From an uncultured Acidimicrobiaceae bacterium (lineage in GTDB: Bacteria > Actinomycetota > Acidimicrobiia > Acidimicrobiales > Bog-793), in NCBI GenBank assembly GCA_963803025.1, contig CAWDKZ010000022.1:11917-75916 (forward strand): 64,000 nt of DNA. The letters are read 5' to 3'. Under the pieces are notes generated by a model that was not told the DNA's origin, did no database searches, and saw only the letters and a list, made by a program, of their open reading frames with translations. Every line of letters starts with the position of its first letter. The stretch's first letter is position 1. Positions 60,030-64,000 of the stretch are shown piece after piece. A program made the position numbers and the translations under genes.

Positions 60030-61592
60030 GTGTCCGATCGGTTCTTCGTTACCACGCCGATCTACTACGTCACCGACCGTCCCCATCTCGGGACCGCCTA
60101 CACGACGATCGTCGCCGACGCGTTCGCGCGCTGGCACCGGCTCGTCGGGGACGACGTGTTCTTCCTCACCGGAGTCGACGAGCACGGCCTGAAGATCGCC
60201 CGGGCCGCCGAGGCCCAGCAGATGGATCCACAGGCGTGGGTCGACATGATGAGCGCCCACTTCGAACAGGCGTGGCGCGCGCTCGACATCTCCAACGACG
60301 ATTTCATCCGCACGACAGAGTCGCGCCACGCCAGGGCCGTGCAGCGGTTCGTCGAGGCGATCTACGACAACGGGTTCATCCACAAGGGCAACTACACCGG
60401 GTGGTACTGCGTCGCCTGCGAGGCGTACTACTCCGCCGATCAGCTCGCGCCCGGAGAGCTCTGCCCGGTCCACGAGAAGCCCGTCGAATGGCTGACCGAG
60501 GAGAACTACTTCTTCGAGCTGTCGCGCTTCGCGCAACGGCTCACCGACTGGTACGCGTCCGCTCCCTCGGCCGTCATCCCCGAGTCGCGTCGCAACGAAG
60601 CGCTCGGCATCATCAGGCAAGGGCTCGAGGACATCTCGATCACGAGGACGGCTTTCAACTGGGGCATCCCGGTTCCCTGGGACGAGGCGCACGTCGTCTA
60701 CGTCTGGTTCGACGCCCTCGTCAACTACGCCACCGCGATCGGCTACGGCGAGGACGAGGCTCGGTTCGCTCTGTGGTGGCCGGCGGTGCACCACCTCATG
60801 GCCAAGGAGATCGTGCGGTTCCACTGTGTGTGGTGGCCGGCGATGTGCATGGCGGCGGGCATCGACCCGCCGCGCCAGGTGATCGCACACGGTTGGCTCC
60901 TCGTCGGGGGCGAGAAGATGGCGAAGTCGAGGGCGAATCAGATCGACCCGGTCGCCCTGGCGGCCGACGTCGGCGTCGACGCCCTCCGCTACCACCTGCT
61001 CCGGGACGTGGTGCTCGGTCTCGACGGCGACATCACCTACGAGGGACTCGTCGGTCGCTACAACGCCGACCTCGCGAACAACCTCGGCAACCTGCTCCAG
61101 CGGGTGACGGCCGTCGTGCAGTCGAAGTGCGGCGGCATCGGACCCGCGCCGCGCGCGGCGGGTGCCGGGAACCGACTGGCAGGGCTCGCCGCCGAGACGG
61201 TCGACGCTGTCCGTGAGGCCTGGGTACGGGCAAATCCCCACGAGGCGCTCGAGGTGACGTGGCGGCTCATCCACGAGGCGAACGTGGAGCTCGAGAGCCG
61301 CGAGCCGTGGAAGCTGCCGCCGGGTGACGAGGTCGACGGCATCCTCGGCGACGCGCTCGAGGTTCTCCGCATCGTCGCGATCCTCGCCTCGCCGGCGATG
61401 CCGCAGGCATCGCAAACGATCTGGCGGAGGCTCGGCCTCGAGGGCGAGGTCGCCGCGCCGGGGCAGGCCTCGGCCGGCGACGGCGCGCTGGGTTGGGGCG
61501 GCTATCCCGGCGGACGACCCGTCGAGAGGACGGCGCCGCTGTTCCCGCGCCGCGAGCCGGCCGACCCGTCCGGGACCGGCAGCCGCAGATGA
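60030..61592 (+). CDS. metG: methionine--tRNA ligase
   Basis: FFVTTPIYYVTDRPHLGTAYT (HIGH region) and the KMSKS-like KMAKS are present. The start is GTG 60030 or 60006. Confidence 0.93.
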   Translation: MSDRFFVTTPIYYVTDRPHLGTAYTTIVADAFARWHRLVGDDVFFLTGVDEHGLKIARAAEAQQMDPQAWVDMMSAHFEQAWRALDISNDDFIRTTESRHARAVQRFVEAIYDNGFIHKGNYTGWYCVACEAYYSADQLAPGELCPVHEKPVEWLTEENYFFELSRFAQRLTDWYASAPSAVIPESRRNEALGIIRQGLEDISITRTAFNWGIPVPWDEAHVVYVWFDALVNYATAIGYGEDEARFALWWPAVHHLMAKEIVRFHCVWWPAMCMAAGIDPPRQVIAHGWLLVGGEKMAKSRANQIDPVALAADVGVDALRYHLLRDVVLGLDGDITYEGLVGRYNADLANNLGNLLQRVTAVVQSKCGGIGPAPRAAGAGNRLAGLAAETVDAVREAWVRANPHEALEVTWRLIHEANVELESREPWKLPPGDEVDGILGDALEVLRIVAILASPAMPQASQTIWRRLGLEGEVAAPGQASAGDGALGWGGYPGGRPVERTAPLFPRREPADPSGTGSRR

Positions 61593-62419
61593 GCGGTGAA
61601 TCGGCGCCCCGCTGGACCGACAGCCACTGTCACATCCAGGACGCCTACCTCGACGACCCCGACGGCGTGGACGCGGTGCTCGCGCGGGCGGCGGCGTCCG
61701 GCGTCCACCGACTCGTCTGCATCGGGACGGGCGACGAGGAGTCGCGCCAGGCGGTCGAGCTCGCGCGCAGGGTCGAGGCGGCTCGCTCCGACGTGGCGGT
61801 GTGGGCGGCGGTCGGTCTCCATCCGCACGAGGCGTCGCACGGCGTCGCGCCGATCGCAGCGCTGCTGGACTCGTCGGCGCCGGCTCCGGGTCCGAAGGGG
61901 CCCGGGACCGTTGTCGCCGTCGGCGAGTGCGGGCTCGACTACTTCTACGAGCACTCGCCGAAGGAGGCGCAGCGCGAGGCGTTCGCCGAGCAGATCGCCC
62001 TCGCCAAGCGCCACGGTCTCGCGCTCGTCGTGCACACGCGAGACGCCTGGGATGACACCTTCGACATCCTCGGCGCCTGCGGCATGCCGGAGCGGACCGT
62101 GATCCACTGCTTCAGCGGGGGAGAGGCCGAGGCGCGTCGCTGTCTCGACCTCGGCGCCTACCTCTCGTTCAGCGGGATCGTCACGTTCAAGAACGCGGGA
62201 GCCGTTCGGGAAGCGGCCGCAGTGTGCCCGGGGGACCGCCTACTCGTCGAGACCGACGCGCCCTTCCTCGCGCCGGTTCCTTTTCGCGGGAAGCCGAACG
62301 AACCGGCCTACGTCGCGCTCGTCGGTGCCGCGCTCGCGACGATTCGCGGCGAGTCGGTCGATGACCTCGCCGCGACGACGAGTGCCAACGTCGCGGCCGT
62401 GTTCTCGCTCGGCGCCTGA
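61589..62419 (+). CDS. TatD-family metal-dependent hydrolase/DNase
   Basis: ATG 61589 overlaps the metG stop. WTDSHCHI, GECGLDY and VVHTRDA are present. Confidence 0.9.
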   Translation: MSGESAPRWTDSHCHIQDAYLDDPDGVDAVLARAAASGVHRLVCIGTGDEESRQAVELARRVEAARSDVAVWAAVGLHPHEASHGVAPIAALLDSSAPAPGPKGPGTVVAVGECGLDYFYEHSPKEAQREAFAEQIALAKRHGLALVVHTRDAWDDTFDILGACGMPERTVIHCFSGGEAEARRCLDLGAYLSFSGIVTFKNAGAVREAAAVCPGDRLLVETDAPFLAPVPFRGKPNEPAYVALVGAALATIRGESVDDLAATTSANVAAVFSLGA

Positions 62420-62424
62420 CGCTG

Positions 62425-63294
62425 GTGACGGAGCAGCGACCGCTCGGGCGGCGCGAGCTGCGCGCGCTCCTCGAGTCGCGTGGCATCTCTCCGAGGAAGG
62501 CCCTCGGGCAGAACTTCGTCGTCGACCCCAATACCGTCGAGCGCGTCGCGCGGCTCGCCGGAGTCGGCGCGGGGGACCGAGTCGTCGAGGTGGGAGCCGG
62601 TCTCGGTTCGCTGACGGTCGCGCTCGCCCGCACCGGGGCCGAGGTGACGGCCGTCGAGATCGATCACCGGCTCGTCTGCGAGCTGCCGTCGCTCGTCCCG
62701 GGCACCGTCCGAGTCGTCGAAGCCGACGCGCTCAGATGCGACTGGGACGAGATCCTCGCCACCCCGGGTGGGCCCGGGGCGACGTGGGTGCTCGTCGCCA
62801 ACCTGCCGTACAACGTGGCGACTCCGCTCGTGGTCGAGGTGCTGAAGGCGGTACCGGTCATCGGCCGCATGCTCGTCATGGTCCAAGCCGAGGTGGGTGC
62901 GCGCCTTACTGCTGCGCCGAGCAGCCGCGCCTACGGAGCCGTGACCGTCCGCGTCGCCTACTTCGCGACGGCGCGTGTCGTCGGGCGAGTCCCACCCGAC
63001 GTCTTCTATCCGCGACCGAGAGTCGACTCGGTTCTCGTGGCGATCGAGCGGCGGGCCCAGCCCGCGGTCGGACCCGAGATCGCAAGCTACGGTGAGATCG
63101 ACGAGCTCGTTCGTGCCGGATTCGGCGGTAGGCGGAAGATGCTCCGTCGCTCGCTCGCCGCGCTCATCGCCCCCGAGGTCTTCGAAGCCGCAACTGTCGA
63201 CGCACGGCTGCGCGCCGAGCAGCTCGACGTCGTGGCGTGGGGCAAGCTGGCGGCATGGCGAAGGCTGATCGAACGCTCGCGCCCGCCAAGCTGA
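62425..63294 (+). CDS. rsmA: 16S rRNA (adenine1518/1519-N6)-dimethyltransferase
   Basis: LGQNFVVDPNTVERV, VVEVGAGLGSLT and ANLPYNVATP are present. Confidence 0.93.
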   Translation: MTEQRPLGRRELRALLESRGISPRKALGQNFVVDPNTVERVARLAGVGAGDRVVEVGAGLGSLTVALARTGAEVTAVEIDHRLVCELPSLVPGTVRVVEADALRCDWDEILATPGGPGATWVLVANLPYNVATPLVVEVLKAVPVIGRMLVMVQAEVGARLTAAPSSRAYGAVTVRVAYFATARVVGRVPPDVFYPRPRVDSVLVAIERRAQPAVGPEIASYGEIDELVRAGFGGRRKMLRRSLAALIAPEVFEAATVDARLRAEQLDVVAWGKLAAWRRLIERSRPPS

Positions 63295-64000
63295 CGCGGA
63301 CCTTTCGCGTCACCGGGCGACGCGACGACGGCTATCACCTCGTCGAGGCAGAGATGGTCGCCCTCGATCTCGCCGACGAGCTCGAGTTCGCCGAGGGCGA
63401 AGGTCTCGATGTCGTCGACGCCATTCGGTGGATCGGCCCCGGGCAAGCCGAGGCGACGTTGGCGGCGGTTCCCGTCGGAGAGAACCTTGTCGTGCGGGCC
63501 CTCGGGCTCGTCGGCCGGACCGCCCACGTCCGGCTCGTGAAGCGGATCCCCCCGGGGGCGGGTCTCGGCGGGGGCTCTTCGGACGCCGCGGCGGTGCTGC
63601 GCTGGGCTGGCGTCCGGGATCACCGGCTCGCGTCTCGTCTCGGCGCGGACGTCCCGTTCTGTCTACTGGGTGGTCGTGCCAGGGTGCGCGGCATAGGCGA
63701 GATCGTCGAACCGTTGGTTCCGGCGGACGTGACGGTCGTCCTCGTCACCCCGGCCTTCGGCGTGTCGACGACGGCGGTCTACGCCGCGTTCGACGAGGTC
63801 GGCGCGCCACCCCGCGGGGCCTCGATGAACGATCTGGAGAAGGCCGCGCTCGTCGTTGAGCCGCGGCTCGCGCGGTACCGAGACCTACTTGCGGAGGCAT
63901 CACAGCAGCGGCCGATGCTCGCGGGGAGCGGCGCAACCTGGTTCGTCGAGAGCGAACCACGCCGTGCGCCGCGGATCGCCGGCGAGGTGCGAGATGCGAT
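63255..64000 (+). CDS. ispE: 4-diphosphocytidyl-2-C-methyl-D-erythritol kinase (partial; runs off the right edge)
   Basis: ATG 63255 gives MAKADRTLAPAKLTRTFRVTGRRDDGYHLVEAEMVALDL...IPPGAGLGGGSSDAAAV (GHMP motif). It overlaps the rsmA end and is not in the ORF track because there is no stop inside the window. Confidence 0.85.
   Translation, partial: MAKADRTLAPAKLTRTFRVTGRRDDGYHLVEAEMVALDLADELEFAEGEGLDVVDAIRWIGPGQAEATLAAVPVGENLVVRALGLVGRTAHVRLVKRIPPGAGLGGGSSDAAAVLRWAGVRDHRLASRLGADVPFCLLGGRARVRGIGEIVEPLVPADVTVVLVTPAFGVSTTAVYAAFDEVGAPPRGASMNDLEKAALVVEPRLARYRDLLAEASQQRPMLAGSGATWFVESEPRRAPRIAGEVRDA

Overview
This is a high-GC (about 70% or more) actinobacterial-type chromosomal segment. It is densely packed with core housekeeping genes, and many are translationally coupled through ATGA/GTGA start-stop overlaps. 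Actinobacterial markers are a fused E1o/E2o Kgd, mycothiol amidase Mca, the tiny ribosomal protein bL37, and a prfB without a programmed frameshift.

Gene order:
- Left end to 22.3 kb: YfhO-like membrane proteins, nfo, miaB, secA, prfB, ftsEX, a sugar nucleotidyltransferase, a geranylgeranyl reductase and an epimerase, then kgd, an NYN-S1 RNase-like protein, a FabZ-like dehydratase and xthA.
- 22.9-30.1 kb: a pspA-pspAA-htpX-pspAB envelope-stress operon, mca, an SCP2 protein, a soluble MgtE-N/CBS protein and a secreted alpha/beta hydrolase.
- 30.2-39.3 kb: an M-box (Mg2+) riboswitch in front of an NRAMP-related transporter with non-canonical metal-site residues, a glycosyltransferase-methyltransferase-prenyltransferase-like-methyltransferase cluster, a UPF0016 transporter and pepN.
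- 39.4-56.1 kb: a large nucleoside-salvage supercluster (adenosine kinase, BMP/ABC nucleoside importer, psuK-psuG, cdd, deoA, add, phospho-sugar mutase, punA, upp).
- 56.5 kb to the right end: glpQ, bL37, ychF, DUF192, rsmI, metG, tatD, rsmA and partial ispE.

Most unusual observations:
1. A roughly 1 kb island of about 50% GC lies exactly between psuG and cdd. It carries an unrecognisable 244-aa ORF abutting a C-terminally truncated PIN-domain ORF.
2. A 580-bp non-coding spacer between convergent genes (22.3-22.9 kb) holds a run of perfect 8-bp hairpins that I could not assign to any known RNA.
3. deoA and the phospho-sugar mutase each carry an independent frameshift.

I saw no rRNA, tRNA, CRISPR array, transposase or integrase. 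The very long arginine-rich ORFs in the track are antisense or off-frame shadows of real genes.
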